From a virus (lineage: Duplodnaviria > Caudoviricetes): a stretch of DNA of 51,252 bases. Both the position numbers and the translations under genes were made by a program. Positions 1-8,892 of this stretch are shown here, in pieces. The notes beneath the pieces were generated by a model. It saw nothing but the letters and a program-made list of their open reading frames with translations. It had not been told where the DNA came from and did no database searches. Each line of letters opens with the position of its first letter. Position 1 is the first letter of the stretch. The stretch covers positions 1 to 51,252 of the IMG/VR virus record IMGVR_UViG_3300045996_000928, one strand, 5' to 3'.

Positions 1-127
1 AAAAATGAAAGCGACCCAACCCCAAAAGCAAGCAAAACAAGCATGGTACTAAGTGATTTAACCCCGCATAAAGGTTATAGTACCACGCCTACAAAGAATA
101 CCGAAAATAAAGGAGTACCTTATTATG
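1..127. repeat. Terminal direct repeat (circular assembly overlap), copy 1
   Basis: Bases 1-127 are identical to 51126-51252; 127 is a common assembler k-mer length. Confidence 0.95.
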
Positions 128-513
128 ATATAGATTTTATGGGTGGCTTTGATATGGTATTTAATGACCAAACGATTGCGCCATCTTTTTACATAGACTT
201 TTTACCCTTTAACGATTGTGATTGCTGGATAAATGTAACAGGCAAAAGCATGGGGCCCCTTATCGCTCATGGGGATATAGTAGGGCTTAAAAAGGTGGCT
301 GACTGGCAACGATTTTTATTAGAGGGTGAAATATATGCTGTGGTTACAGATAATGGCTTCAGAACCATTAAAATGCTCGGAGCAGGTCCGGATAAATCTA
401 CTTACACATTAATACCTTATAATAAAAGCGAAGAATACAAGCCCCAGGTAATCCCTAAAGAAGTAATTACCCATATATTCAGGGTAAAGGGAAATATTAA
501 GAAATTCTTTTAA
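1..513 (+). CDS. CI-like repressor, C-terminal S24 (LexA/CI autocleavage) peptidase domain
   Basis: VTGKSMGP...GDIV catalytic Ser motif and RTIK catalytic Lys motif. Confidence 0.88.
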   Translation, partial: KNESDPTPKASKTSMVLSDLTPHKGYSTTPTKNTENKGVPYYDIDFMGGFDMVFNDQTIAPSFYIDFLPFNDCDCWINVTGKSMGPLIAHGDIVGLKKVADWQRFLLEGEIYAVVTDNGFRTIKMLGAGPDKSTYTLIPYNKSEEYKPQVIPKEVITHIFRVKGNIKKFF

Positions 514-529
514 CACTAAAGTAAAAATT

Positions 530-967
530 ATGGGAATATTCGACAAAATCATACCAGGTACATCTAGAAACAATTCGGAGTTTACAAGCGAATCATCTGC
601 ATTTTATTGCATTTTAATGGCGCTTGGCGACAATGGAGAAGAAATAGGAGATTTCGAATTAGAGTTTATCGTAAAAATAGCATCGATAAAACCGGTTTTA
701 AGATCAATGTCAGCCTCTGATGCTATTAGGGAATACTACTGGCTAAAAAACACATATAGTCCCGTGCAAATTATCGAACTTGCAATTAAGCTGCTGTCTG
801 ATGAAAATAAAAAAGCGGCACTTATAATCAGTATTGACTTGGCATACAGTTCTCATCATATTGATAATCGGGAGAAGTCATTACTAGAAAGCCTAGCAAA
901 ATTTAGTGGATTATCGGACGAATTTATTGATAGTACTACAGAGGCAATGAGACTTAAATATATGTAA
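530..967 (+). CDS. TerB-like protein
   Basis: Two AxxD(G)xxxxxE-like motifs (MALGDNGEEIGDFE; LAYSSHHIDNREKSLL) in a helical 145-aa protein. Confidence 0.6.
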   Translation: MGIFDKIIPGTSRNNSEFTSESSAFYCILMALGDNGEEIGDFELEFIVKIASIKPVLRSMSASDAIREYYWLKNTYSPVQIIELAIKLLSDENKKAALIISIDLAYSSHHIDNREKSLLESLAKFSGLSDEFIDSTTEAMRLKYM

Positions 968-978
968 CGTATGAAAGT

Positions 979-1335
979 ATGAAAAATCTAAAAAAAATAT
1001 TTTTATTAGCGCTGCTAGTAATCTCTTTTACATCATGCTCAAAAAAAGAAGACCCCAAACCGCAGCCTGTTAAGACCTGGATAATGGGCAAATGGGTAAG
1101 GCAAGCAAAGACAGCATCTTCTTTTTCAAGCAATTTAGAGTTAAATTTTGATAGCGAACCCAATGGTACTTATGTTTCAGAAAGCGGGTCAAGTTGGAAA
1201 TTTACATATTCGCTTAAAACAATGATCTATACTGGAGACACCGGCAACCAATGGCAGATCAATAAAATATCCGACACCCAAATAAGCATAGGAACACCCA
1301 ATGTTACCGTTTTAACATATTACAATAAACAATAA
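979..1335 (+). CDS. Lipoprotein (lipocalin-like), candidate superinfection exclusion protein
   Basis: Signal peptide with FTSC lipobox followed by SKKED; IMGKW motif; downstream of the repressor. Confidence 0.65.
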   Translation: MKNLKKIFLLALLVISFTSCSKKEDPKPQPVKTWIMGKWVRQAKTASSFSSNLELNFDSEPNGTYVSESGSSWKFTYSLKTMIYTGDTGNQWQINKISDTQISIGTPNVTVLTYYNKQ

Positions 1336-1350
1336 CTTAAACTCGAAATT

Positions 1351-1722
1351 ATGAAAAAACTACTATTAAGCAGCATTGTACTATTTTTATTTTCAGCTTC
1401 AATTATCCTATTTCAGATCAGTTGTAAGAAAGAAGTTATAGGGCAGGTTACATCACCACAACTAAACAAAATTATTTATATTAAATCATCTACTTTATAT
1501 ACCGCTAATTATGACGGAAGCGGAGCAACAATAATTCCTATATCCCTAAACAATACTAACCTTGTTATAGATGATTTATCGGCAATATCCCCTGACCGAA
1601 AAACCGTTTTCTTTTCGGTATATAATAAAACAGGTGGGAACGCTCTTTACAAATGCAATATTGATGGATCGGCTGTTCAAAAGATAGTTGATGGTGCAGG
1701 CTCAAGTACCGTAGCATACTAA
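1351..1722 (+). CDS. Lipoprotein with TolB/PD40-like beta-propeller blades
   Basis: Hydrophobic N-terminus ending ISCKKE; YTANYDGSG, ISPDRKTVFF and YKCNIDGS repeats. Confidence 0.6.
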   Translation: MKKLLLSSIVLFLFSASIILFQISCKKEVIGQVTSPQLNKIIYIKSSTLYTANYDGSGATIIPISLNNTNLVIDDLSAISPDRKTVFFSVYNKTGGNALYKCNIDGSAVQKIVDGAGSSTVAY

Positions 1723-1911
1723 CCCGTACCAAAACCCGTACCTAAAAATAGCAAAATCCGCAATGAAAAACGGCTTAAATAAGCAGGAAACGCACTTTTT
1801 AAATGATGATGTAGATTCGATTCCCGCTCTGAGTACATTACAAACCCCGAAATTAGCCTCAAAAGAGGCTTTTTTCGTTTTAGAAAAAAAACCCGTACCT
1901 AAATCCGTACC
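1721..1911 (+). other. attP site: core 1816-1837 resembling a tRNA-Leu 3' end, flanked by paired arm-type repeats
   Basis: TTCGATTCCCGCTCTGAGTACA reads as T-loop, 3' T-stem, 3' acceptor strand and discriminator; four CCGTACC repeats ending at 1730, 1742, 1899 and 1911; immediately upstream of the integrase. Confidence 0.8.
1855..1875 (+). terminator. Intrinsic terminator after the att core
   Basis: AGCCTC-AAAA-GAGGCT followed by TTTTT. Confidence 0.65.
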
Positions 1912-1930
1912 AATACGTAAAAGGTTTACT

Positions 1931-3124
1931 ATGGATATAAAGCCCTATAAATTACCTGTTATTATACGACCAAAAAGCGGAGATTGGTTTGTAAGGTTTT
2001 GGTATGAGTTACCGGATAGACCCGGCAAATTCAAAGCATTTCATGTTAGGGATGGTATTAATCGAATACACGACCCCATAGAAAAAGAGAAAGCTATTGC
2101 GGAACTGTGTAAGGATGTAAAATTTTGGCTCGAAAAAAAGGACTATAACCCATTTGATAAAGAAAACCAAATTAAGGAAAAGGTTACTACTATTCGGGCA
2201 AAGGTTGGGGAACTGAATAAGAAAATGCTATTGAGCGAATCCCTAACTTGGTTTTTAGGTCAAAAAGCTGAAAAGGGCAAATCTGATAAAACAACCAGGG
2301 GCTATGAATATCATCTTAAACCCTTTGTTGAATGGTGCGCTAAGAAAGAACTTTTACGAATTGATGAGCCAACTATTGACCATATAGAAAACTATTTGTC
2401 AGAACGCTTAAAACTAGGCTGGACGGCCCGTACATATAATAACGTCACTAATACTTTAACAGGATTTTTTAATTACTTGGTTGCAAAACGTAAACTAGCG
2501 GTTACCCCGATTGGCACCGGCATGATTGACCGAATTAAAAATACAGCAGAAAAAAACCGTTACTATGAGCCTGCTATACGGGAGCTAATAATGCCTGAAG
2601 TAAAAAAGAAACCACAATTAAGACGGTTTATACTTTGGACTTATTATAGCTGCGCCCGTGGATCGGAATTAAGGGCTTTAAAAATAAAGAATGTTGACTT
2701 GAAGCTAAAAAAGATAACCATCACGGCCGAAAGTGGCAAGACAGGTGAATATGTAGGCGCACGTTCAATCCCTATATGTAACGAGTTAATGGATATTTTA
2801 AAAGAGGAAAAATTAAAAGATTTAAACCCTGACTGGTACGTGTTTGGTAGAACCGGCGAACCCTCGGCAAAACCTTTATCACACGAATTAATGAGTAGAC
2901 ATTATTTAGCCATTAAGGATAAACTTAAAATTGATCGGAATTATACAATATATAGCTGGAAACACACAAGGGTTTGTGACCTATTGGTTGCTGGGTTTGA
3001 GCCTATTAAAGTAATGCGAATTACAGGACATACCGACTACGCCAGTTTCGAGAAATATACTCGGGAACTCGGTGTGGTAATGGATAAAACACTTACAGGT
3101 GATACATTAACACTTAATATTTAA
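1931..3124 (+). CDS. int: Tyrosine integrase (start probably 1931 rather than 1763)
   Basis: Catalytic residues: ARGSELRAL (R), ESGKTG (K), YSWKHT, TGH...Y; the upstream in-frame extension overlaps attP and the terminator. Confidence 0.93.
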   Translation: MDIKPYKLPVIIRPKSGDWFVRFWYELPDRPGKFKAFHVRDGINRIHDPIEKEKAIAELCKDVKFWLEKKDYNPFDKENQIKEKVTTIRAKVGELNKKMLLSESLTWFLGQKAEKGKSDKTTRGYEYHLKPFVEWCAKKELLRIDEPTIDHIENYLSERLKLGWTARTYNNVTNTLTGFFNYLVAKRKLAVTPIGTGMIDRIKNTAEKNRYYEPAIRELIMPEVKKKPQLRRFILWTYYSCARGSELRALKIKNVDLKLKKITITAESGKTGEYVGARSIPICNELMDILKEEKLKDLNPDWYVFGRTGEPSAKPLSHELMSRHYLAIKDKLKIDRNYTIYSWKHTRVCDLLVAGFEPIKVMRITGHTDYASFEKYTRELGVVMDKTLTGDTLTLNI

Positions 3125-3126
3125 AC

Positions 3127-3516
3127 TTACAGTAAGCCATTGTCTTTAAATGAAAAATACGCATCATCCTTTTCTACCAAAATTAAATGGTCAAGTAGAT
3201 TTATTTTTAGTATTTCCAAAGCGGCTTTTAAATTATTTGTAGCTATAATGTCGTTTTCGGACGGCTTGCAGTTTCCGCTTGGGTGGTTGTGCGCTAAAAC
3301 AACGTTACAGCAATTATTTTTAAAGGCTTTTTTAACTAACTTTTTTGCATTGATTTTACAGTTTGACATTTTCCCGGTATCAATAATTATAAAATCAATT
3401 CTTTTTCCTTGATTATCCACAAGAACCCCCAAAATACTTTCGTACATGGAAATGGAGTTGTAGGGCCAAATATTCCTTAAATAAGAATTGCAATCCTTAG
3501 GGTTGGTTAGTGGCAT
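3127..3516 (-). CDS. Stand-alone RadC-like JAB domain protein
   Basis: LAHNHPSGNCKPSEND and LLDHLI motifs. Confidence 0.88.
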   Translation of the reverse strand: MPLTNPKDCNSYLRNIWPYNSISMYESILGVLVDNQGKRIDFIIIDTGKMSNCKINAKKLVKKAFKNNCCNVVLAHNHPSGNCKPSENDIIATNNLKAALEILKINLLDHLILVEKDDAYFSFKDNGLL

Positions 3517-3721
3517 AGTTCGATAAGTTTAGTTTATTAGGATAACCAAAATACCGCTCTAACATCATTTAAACAATGTTTTTAGTTAAAAAACTACAGT
3601 TTTAATTTAATCTATGTATTTAAAAAATATTATTTCACTACGCAATTAGTTGATAATGATTTGATTTAACAACTAATTAGAGTATAACTTACACTAACTT
3701 AAAGTAACAGATATATTACAA

Positions 3722-3955
3722 ATGAACATACATAAACTAAGGGAGGTTAAAGCCCATGCAGATTATTATAAGATAAAATATACCTATGAGCCTGTAGATG
3801 TGTTTGAATATAAAATAGTTTTCAGCGAAGATGAGCAATACACCAACGGGCATAAAGCCATATTATTTATAGATAGGCTGGTTGAAGAAAAGGATTTAAC
3901 ACCTTATACTAAGCCTTATAGGGTTGGTTTTGGATGGGAGATACCTGGTAAATAA
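3722..3955 (+). CDS. Hypothetical protein
   Basis: 77-aa ORF after an AT-rich intergenic region. Confidence 0.55.
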   Translation: MNIHKLREVKAHADYYKIKYTYEPVDVFEYKIVFSEDEQYTNGHKAILFIDRLVEEKDLTPYTKPYRVGFGWEIPGK

Positions 3956-4237
3956 TTATAGTCCGCTTCCGTAAGTTAGGATTATCTCGGCAATTTGTTC
4001 CTGCTCATGGATGGTAAGTTGGTCGCCGTCATAAACCCAATGCATTTTATCAGGCGAAAAATGGAGTAAGCCCATTTCAATAACATCTTCGGTTTCGGCA
4101 TCTTCGTTGATAAATACCCGGTAATCATTGGTGTATTGAAACCCATAACCTTTAGGATCTTCGTGTAAGGCTTCAACAACCATATCACGCTCTACACCAA
4201 GCCTATCCATTACTACTACATGAAGTGAGTTTACCAT
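3956..4237 (-). CDS. Hypothetical acidic protein (start probably 4237)
   Basis: ORF track 3956..4294; its first 19 codons overlap the lysis-operon terminator. Confidence 0.6.
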   Translation of the reverse strand: MVNSLHVVVMDRLGVERDMVVEALHEDPKGYGFQYTNDYRVFINEDAETEDVIEMGLLHFSPDKMHWVYDGDQLTIHEQEQIAEIILTYGSGL

Positions 4238-4262
4238 ATTGCAATTATACAAATTATCAAAC

Positions 4263-4294
4263 AAAAAATGGGCTTCTCCTTTCGAGTTGCCCAT
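4263..4294 (-). terminator. Intrinsic terminator of the lysis operon
   Basis: ATGGGC...GCCCAT stem followed by a T-tract on the minus strand. Confidence 0.7.
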
Positions 4295-4356
4295 TCTACA
4301 CCAATAATTATAAACCTAGTATGAAAAGGCTTTTTGAGGAAGCGTAACCTGTAGTA

Positions 4357-4815
4357 TTATTTAACTCCTTTAAATATTTTTTGGTAGGCGAACTCCAAAA
4401 CCCCTAAACCTAAAGTTATCCAATTTAAACGCCCTGTGCTTAACCATGAAGCAGCCGCCTTTGCGCCCACTTCCCAAAGTCCGTTCCATCCATCATCTGT
4501 TAAACCATCTTCTATGCGCTCTGCCAGTTTATCAAGCCCTGATTGAATATCAGTACTATTTATACCCCAACTTTTAAGCACGTGGTCTATAACGCCCCGT
4601 GCAACATCCTTTGAAACATCGCAGCCTGTAGCTACGGCATTAATTAAATATTCGGGGCCTAATGTATATCCCGATTTTATAAGCTCGCTTATATTAACGC
4701 CTTTGATAATAGCGTCCTTTTGGTCTTCCGGCAATTCATTAAATGCCTTTTTAGTGCTTCGGAATAACCCATCAAAAAACTTTCCAATGGATTGAATTAA
4801 GGATTTCAAACTCAT
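4357..4815 (-). CDS. Lysis-module accessory protein of unknown function
   Basis: Follows the holin-like gene; amphipathic N-terminus and hydrophobic C-terminus. Confidence 0.55.
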   Translation of the reverse strand: MSLKSLIQSIGKFFDGLFRSTKKAFNELPEDQKDAIIKGVNISELIKSGYTLGPEYLINAVATGCDVSKDVARGVIDHVLKSWGINSTDIQSGLDKLAERIEDGLTDDGWNGLWEVGAKAAASWLSTGRLNWITLGLGVLEFAYQKIFKGVK

Positions 4816-4817
4816 AA

Positions 4818-5084
4818 CTAATCTTTTTCTACAACTCCAAACATTTTACTGAAGCCTAAAGCCAAAGCATCAACACCTTTCAAGACGAGTAATATTTCAA
4901 ACTTATCTGCTTCGGCTATGCGCTGCGTACCTGCTACAACCAACACAATAGCCGATGTAACAATAAACACACTTCTAAACAGCCATTTAGCCCATAAGGG
5001 AGTTGGTGCGCTTATAGCCCCAAATTGAACTGTTGTGTTTGACTTGGCTACCGCCTTATCATCAATTAATACTTTTTCTGACAT
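4818..5084 (-). CDS. Putative holin
   Basis: 88 aa with two hydrophobic segments, directly after the endolysin. Confidence 0.6.
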   Translation of the reverse strand: MSEKVLIDDKAVAKSNTTVQFGAISAPTPLWAKWLFRSVFIVTSAIVLVVAGTQRIAEADKFEILLVLKGVDALALGFSKMFGVVEKD

Positions 5085-5096
5085 GATCTTATTATT

Positions 5097-5588
5097 TTAA
5101 TTAATTAATTTTTTATACCTCGCTAGCGAATAAGGCTCATAAACCTTTTTGCCTTTATTGGTGTACATGAATAATATTTGATTTCGATTGCCGGTTGCTT
5201 TGTATGAACAATGCACCCATGCCATTTTGCCGTCCGAAATACCCTCAATTATAAGTTGGTCAAACTGTAGGTTATCTCTTATAAATTCAAATATTTCTTT
5301 GTTACTAGGGCTATCGTAAACATCACCGTCCATATCCAGGGCTTCGCCGTTTACGTGAGCTGAAGTTTTAGATCCACCTATAGCAACATTTAATGCGCTG
5401 CTTCTGAAAAATGACGATACATATATCGGTTTATCAAAGTGTGTTCTAACCTTTTCAAAGATGTTTACAGCAACTAATTTCATGCGCTTTAACACATCTT
5501 TGGACGGCTCATTTTTAATGCCTTTAGCTTTAGCTGTAGGGCTATAGGTTGCCTCTTTATAACTTATATGATCTGAAATCTTATCCAT
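5097..5588 (-). CDS. Endolysin, peptidase M15A family
   Basis: SSFFRS...GGSKTSAH...GEALD and WVH zinc-ligand motifs; FDQLI. Confidence 0.9.
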   Translation of the reverse strand: MDKISDHISYKEATYSPTAKAKGIKNEPSKDVLKRMKLVAVNIFEKVRTHFDKPIYVSSFFRSSALNVAIGGSKTSAHVNGEALDMDGDVYDSPSNKEIFEFIRDNLQFDQLIIEGISDGKMAWVHCSYKATGNRNQILFMYTNKGKKVYEPYSLARYKKLIN

Positions 5589-5661
5589 CGTAATTATGTA
5601 TTAAAATTGAAATAACTATATCCACTATCCACATTGCTAAATGGATGTAAAACACTTTCAT
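5581..5661 (-). CDS. 26-aa hydrophobic micropeptide
   Basis: MKVFYIHLAMWIVDIVISILIHNYDG; its end overlaps the endolysin ATG. Confidence 0.45.
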   Translation of the reverse strand: MKVFYIHLAMWIVDIVISILIHNYDG

Positions 5662-5738
5662 TTATTGCGGTTAATAAATGCCCTTATCGAAATAAATAAG
5701 ATGGCTATCAAAAAACCTGTTACTATGTAATTGCCCAT
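5658..5738 (-). CDS. 26-aa single-TM micropeptide
   Basis: MGNYIVTGFLIAILFISIRAFINRNK; ATGA overlap with the next ORF. Confidence 0.5.
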   Translation of the reverse strand: MGNYIVTGFLIAILFISIRAFINRNK

Positions 5739-5838
5739 TTGTGGCTTTATTTTTGTTTGCTTATTATTATGATATGGATCGTACTGTTTTTATTATCATT
5801 TGCTTTAGAAATTGACCTTTTAGGGGATTTAAGCGAGG

Positions 5839-6198
5839 CTAATTGACCGGAAACTCATAAAGTTTACCATTAACCCTGCGCTGCGTGTAAAACCCCTTTC
5901 TAAGTGCCGGGTATCTGCTTTCAATGGCCTGTACTTTAAAGCTTAGCGAATCAAACGCATGACCAGTTGGCGACCTGTTGTTTTCAAGCTTTGTTAACCT
6001 AAAATCTACAGATCCGTTAATGCTCTTTTGTTCTGATAAAAAAGCCGTATTGGCCGCTATTTCCGCCCTTAATGCTTGAAACTCTGCACTCAATTTCCAT
6101 GTGCAGCCGACAAGCGTAAGACTGTATAGAACTATCTTAATCGCCTTTACTTTAAACGTCCATTTTTCTATATCTGTCATGGCCTTATTTACGGTCAT
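5839..6198 (-). CDS. Membrane-anchored coiled-coil protein (lysis-associated?)
   Basis: N-terminal hydrophobic segment followed by a coiled coil; lies between the fibre gene and the endolysin. Confidence 0.55.
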   Translation of the reverse strand: MTVNKAMTDIEKWTFKVKAIKIVLYSLTLVGCTWKLSAEFQALRAEIAANTAFLSEQKSINGSVDFRLTKLENNRSPTGHAFDSLSFKVQAIESRYPALRKGFYTQRRVNGKLYEFPVN

Positions 6199-6224
6199 TT
6201 TTCATGGTTAATATTCCTTGTTGA

Positions 6225-8642
6225 TTAAATTACTTGGTATGTAAATGTGAAATGTATTACAGGGGTGGTTCCCGACCCGGATATAAAAGATAACAATGCT
6301 TCATCAGGTCCGGGGCTTCCAATTAAAGTAGCATCATTAACAATACCACCTGTGCTGCTTGAACCTTGTGCCACGCCATTTAACTCATAAATAGTACCTA
6401 TGTTTGATGGTATAGGTAATGATATATTTATATCTGTATTTGTGCTCGCAGAGGTTACAGTTAAATCCACCCTGCCACTTACTGTAACTATATTTCCAAC
6501 CCTTGTATATTGGCACACCCTCGGAGTGTTTGCTGTTACATTACTGCCGTTAGTTATTGTTGGTGTGTATGTTCCGCTTGATACAGAAAGAGCCGTTATA
6601 TCCGCTAGCCTTGCTACCTCATTTGGATTTGATGGCGCTGCTGCTGTAGTTCCACTCGGTAATTCGGTTACGCTCACTAAAACCTTATTTGCGTCTGTAG
6701 CGACTAATTGCGAAAGTGATAATGCCGTACTACCTATACTTCCCGTAACATCTAATTTTGGCGCGCCAGCGGTTGCAGAAGATGCGCCTAATAATAAATT
6801 ATTACTTGCGTTTATTCTGAATACCTCCGTATTATTAATAAACCTTATAGTAGGGCTTGTTCCTGCGGCTTGGTAGTACATACCCGTTGCGTCTACACCA
6901 AGATCGCCTGTAAATGATGTGTTTTGAACCCTAAAACGAGCGTCTGCTGTTGATGCGGTATTTCTGTTTAAAACCATTGAAGCTCCAGCAGTTGACACCT
7001 CTAATCTTTGTGTGGGTACAGCTATGCCAATACCCACCCTACCATTTGCCAACACCCTCATTAATTCAGTTCCGCCATTATTGCCGCCCTGCCAAATAAA
7101 ATCAGCTCCCGTTGTAGCATTTCCCGTAGTTGTCTTAAATGTCAATGGACTTGTTGTTGTCGTGCCCCCTACAATTAAAGGAGATGTAACAGTGGTAGCG
7201 GACGCACCCCCGTTCACTTGCAATTTATTTCCACCATCATCCGTAGTAGTGGCAATTAATATTCTATTAGCTGCACTAATTCTAAAGGCTTCACCACCAG
7301 CAGGAGAGTTAATAAATTTAACAACCCCGACACCCGACCCAAGAGACACGTAACCACCATCCGATTCTGCTCCAAAATCCATCTCGTAAAGGGTATTTCT
7401 TGCCCTAAATCTTGCGTCTACATTGGTGAGTGTGTTTCTTACCTGCATAATAATCCCTCCTGGGTATTGAGCGTCTACAAAATGCTGTGGTGATGATGTT
7501 CCAATACCAATCCGTCCATTATTTAAAATTCGCATAAACTCCGTTGCCCCATTATCCCCACCCTTAAATATCATATCTGCGCCCGTTGCGCCCACACCAG
7601 TAGTTGTTTGAAGTGATAATGTGCTTGTAGTTCCTGTTCCGCCGATAAGTAAAGGGCCAGTTAACGATGTATGTAGTCCGTCTCCTAAAACAGGGGCAAC
7701 AAAAGTTTTATTGTATAAAGTATTTACCCCACTTATATACTTACCATAACTAACATAATTATTGGCTACGTTACCGCTATCGGCTTTTGGCAAATAAGTT
7801 AACCCCTCCTGATACCTTAAAGGCATACCATTAGCGGTGGGGGCATTGGATATTTTAACATTATTTAGCATATAGGTGGTATCATTACTAACTTGTATTT
7901 GACCGCCACCTGCAACACCAACTTCAACAGTTCCACCTGTACCAACATTTAAAGCTGTTAAGCTACTATTGCCATAAAACGCTGTATTTGATAGAAACTT
8001 ACTTGTTACGTCCTTAAACCACAAACCACCATAAACAGAGGCGTAACCCAATGTTAAACCATGATTACTGCCGTCTGATATGTTTTGCAAGCCCGTTGCA
8101 TCATTACCGCCCGTTAGTTTCCAATAATTAGTACTTAATGAATAAGGTGTGGCATATATCGTACTGTCAGCCAGCCTCAAGACCTCATTCCCGGTCGTGG
8201 GCACTTGATCTGACCTCAAACCGCTTGTAAAATCTGTTCTTGCGCTAAAGAAAAACCTGTTTAGGGCCGCCACATATCCATGCGCACCCGTAGATACCAA
8301 TTGGTTGCTTGCGTTTTTATACATCCCATAATTAGTTCCGCTTGGGGTTGTACCGTTGTATTTCCAATTTGTAACATATCCATCTGCATTTACCGTATCA
8401 TTCTTTAGCTTGTAGGACGATAGCCCGGTTAATGTTGCAAACCTTAAATTAGCCTCTGTAGCTGAATAAAATTGATTCCAGCCAATTCCGGGAAAGTTTA
8501 TCCATGTTTGATGTAATGAATCTAAAAACTTTGTCCTTACGGAAATAGTTGATGGATTAGTGCCTCCGGGTAATGTTACTGTGTTTTGCGCAAAGGCATT
8601 AAACGCCGATAGAAACAGGATGATTGCTAACAGTTTTTTCAT
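6225..8642 (-). CDS. Tail fibre/spike-like protein with Sec signal peptide
   Basis: G/T/N-rich, GRIGIG/GRVGIG beta repeats, C-terminal SGTYTPT...YTRVGNIVTV fibre-tip motif; MKKLLAIILFLSAFNAFAQ from ATG at 8642. Confidence 0.75.
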   Translation of the reverse strand: MKKLLAIILFLSAFNAFAQNTVTLPGGTNPSTISVRTKFLDSLHQTWINFPGIGWNQFYSATEANLRFATLTGLSSYKLKNDTVNADGYVTNWKYNGTTPSGTNYGMYKNASNQLVSTGAHGYVAALNRFFFSARTDFTSGLRSDQVPTTGNEVLRLADSTIYATPYSLSTNYWKLTGGNDATGLQNISDGSNHGLTLGYASVYGGLWFKDVTSKFLSNTAFYGNSSLTALNVGTGGTVEVGVAGGGQIQVSNDTTYMLNNVKISNAPTANGMPLRYQEGLTYLPKADSGNVANNYVSYGKYISGVNTLYNKTFVAPVLGDGLHTSLTGPLLIGGTGTTSTLSLQTTTGVGATGADMIFKGGDNGATEFMRILNNGRIGIGTSSPQHFVDAQYPGGIIMQVRNTLTNVDARFRARNTLYEMDFGAESDGGYVSLGSGVGVVKFINSPAGGEAFRISAANRILIATTTDDGGNKLQVNGGASATTVTSPLIVGGTTTTSPLTFKTTTGNATTGADFIWQGGNNGGTELMRVLANGRVGIGIAVPTQRLEVSTAGASMVLNRNTASTADARFRVQNTSFTGDLGVDATGMYYQAAGTSPTIRFINNTEVFRINASNNLLLGASSATAGAPKLDVTGSIGSTALSLSQLVATDANKVLVSVTELPSGTTAAAPSNPNEVARLADITALSVSSGTYTPTITNGSNVTANTPRVCQYTRVGNIVTVSGRVDLTVTSASTNTDINISLPIPSNIGTIYELNGVAQGSSSTGGIVNDATLIGSPGPDEALLSFISGSGTTPVIHFTFTYQVI

Positions 8643-8832
8643 TGATTTTTTCGTTTTCAATGAACGCTGTCACTCTAAGGCAATCGGGTTCGTTTGTTAA
8701 TATAAAAGTTATCTCTTTATTGCATTTTTTACACCATAAAAAAACCTTGCTACCTACCTCTGCTCTGCCCAATAATTTATCATGTATTGGACATCTGCAA
8801 TCTACCTCTATTTGGTTAACTTCAATGGGCAT
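8599..8832 (-). CDS. Mu Com-like zinc-finger protein
   Basis: RCPIHDKLLG...WCKKC zinc ribbon typical of the Com family. Confidence 0.65.
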   Translation of the reverse strand: MPIEVNQIEVDCRCPIHDKLLGRAEVGSKVFLWCKKCNKEITFILTNEPDCLRVTAFIENEKINEKTVSNHPVSIGV

Positions 8833-8892
8833 TATGATGCTTTTAAATTGGTATAAAATTAAGCAACATTTTAATAAAAAATAGTACTTTTT

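Noticed and set aside
1-127. Biological terminal repeat of the virion DNA
   Set aside because: The length equals a common assembler k-mer and the repeat cuts through the repressor gene; more likely an assembly overlap
5746-5841. Possible TAG readthrough or recoded genetic code
   Set aside because: About 30 open codons follow one TAG, but all core genes are intact under the standard code and no suppressor tRNA is seen
6400-7353. Long plus-strand ORFs (6400..6876, 7012..7353) and similar ones opposite other genes
   Set aside because: Antisense shadows of well-supported minus-strand genes
6225-8642. Diversity-generating retroelement or invertible fibre cassette
   Set aside because: No reverse transcriptase, TR/VR pair or invertase was seen; the internal repeat is an old protein-level duplication
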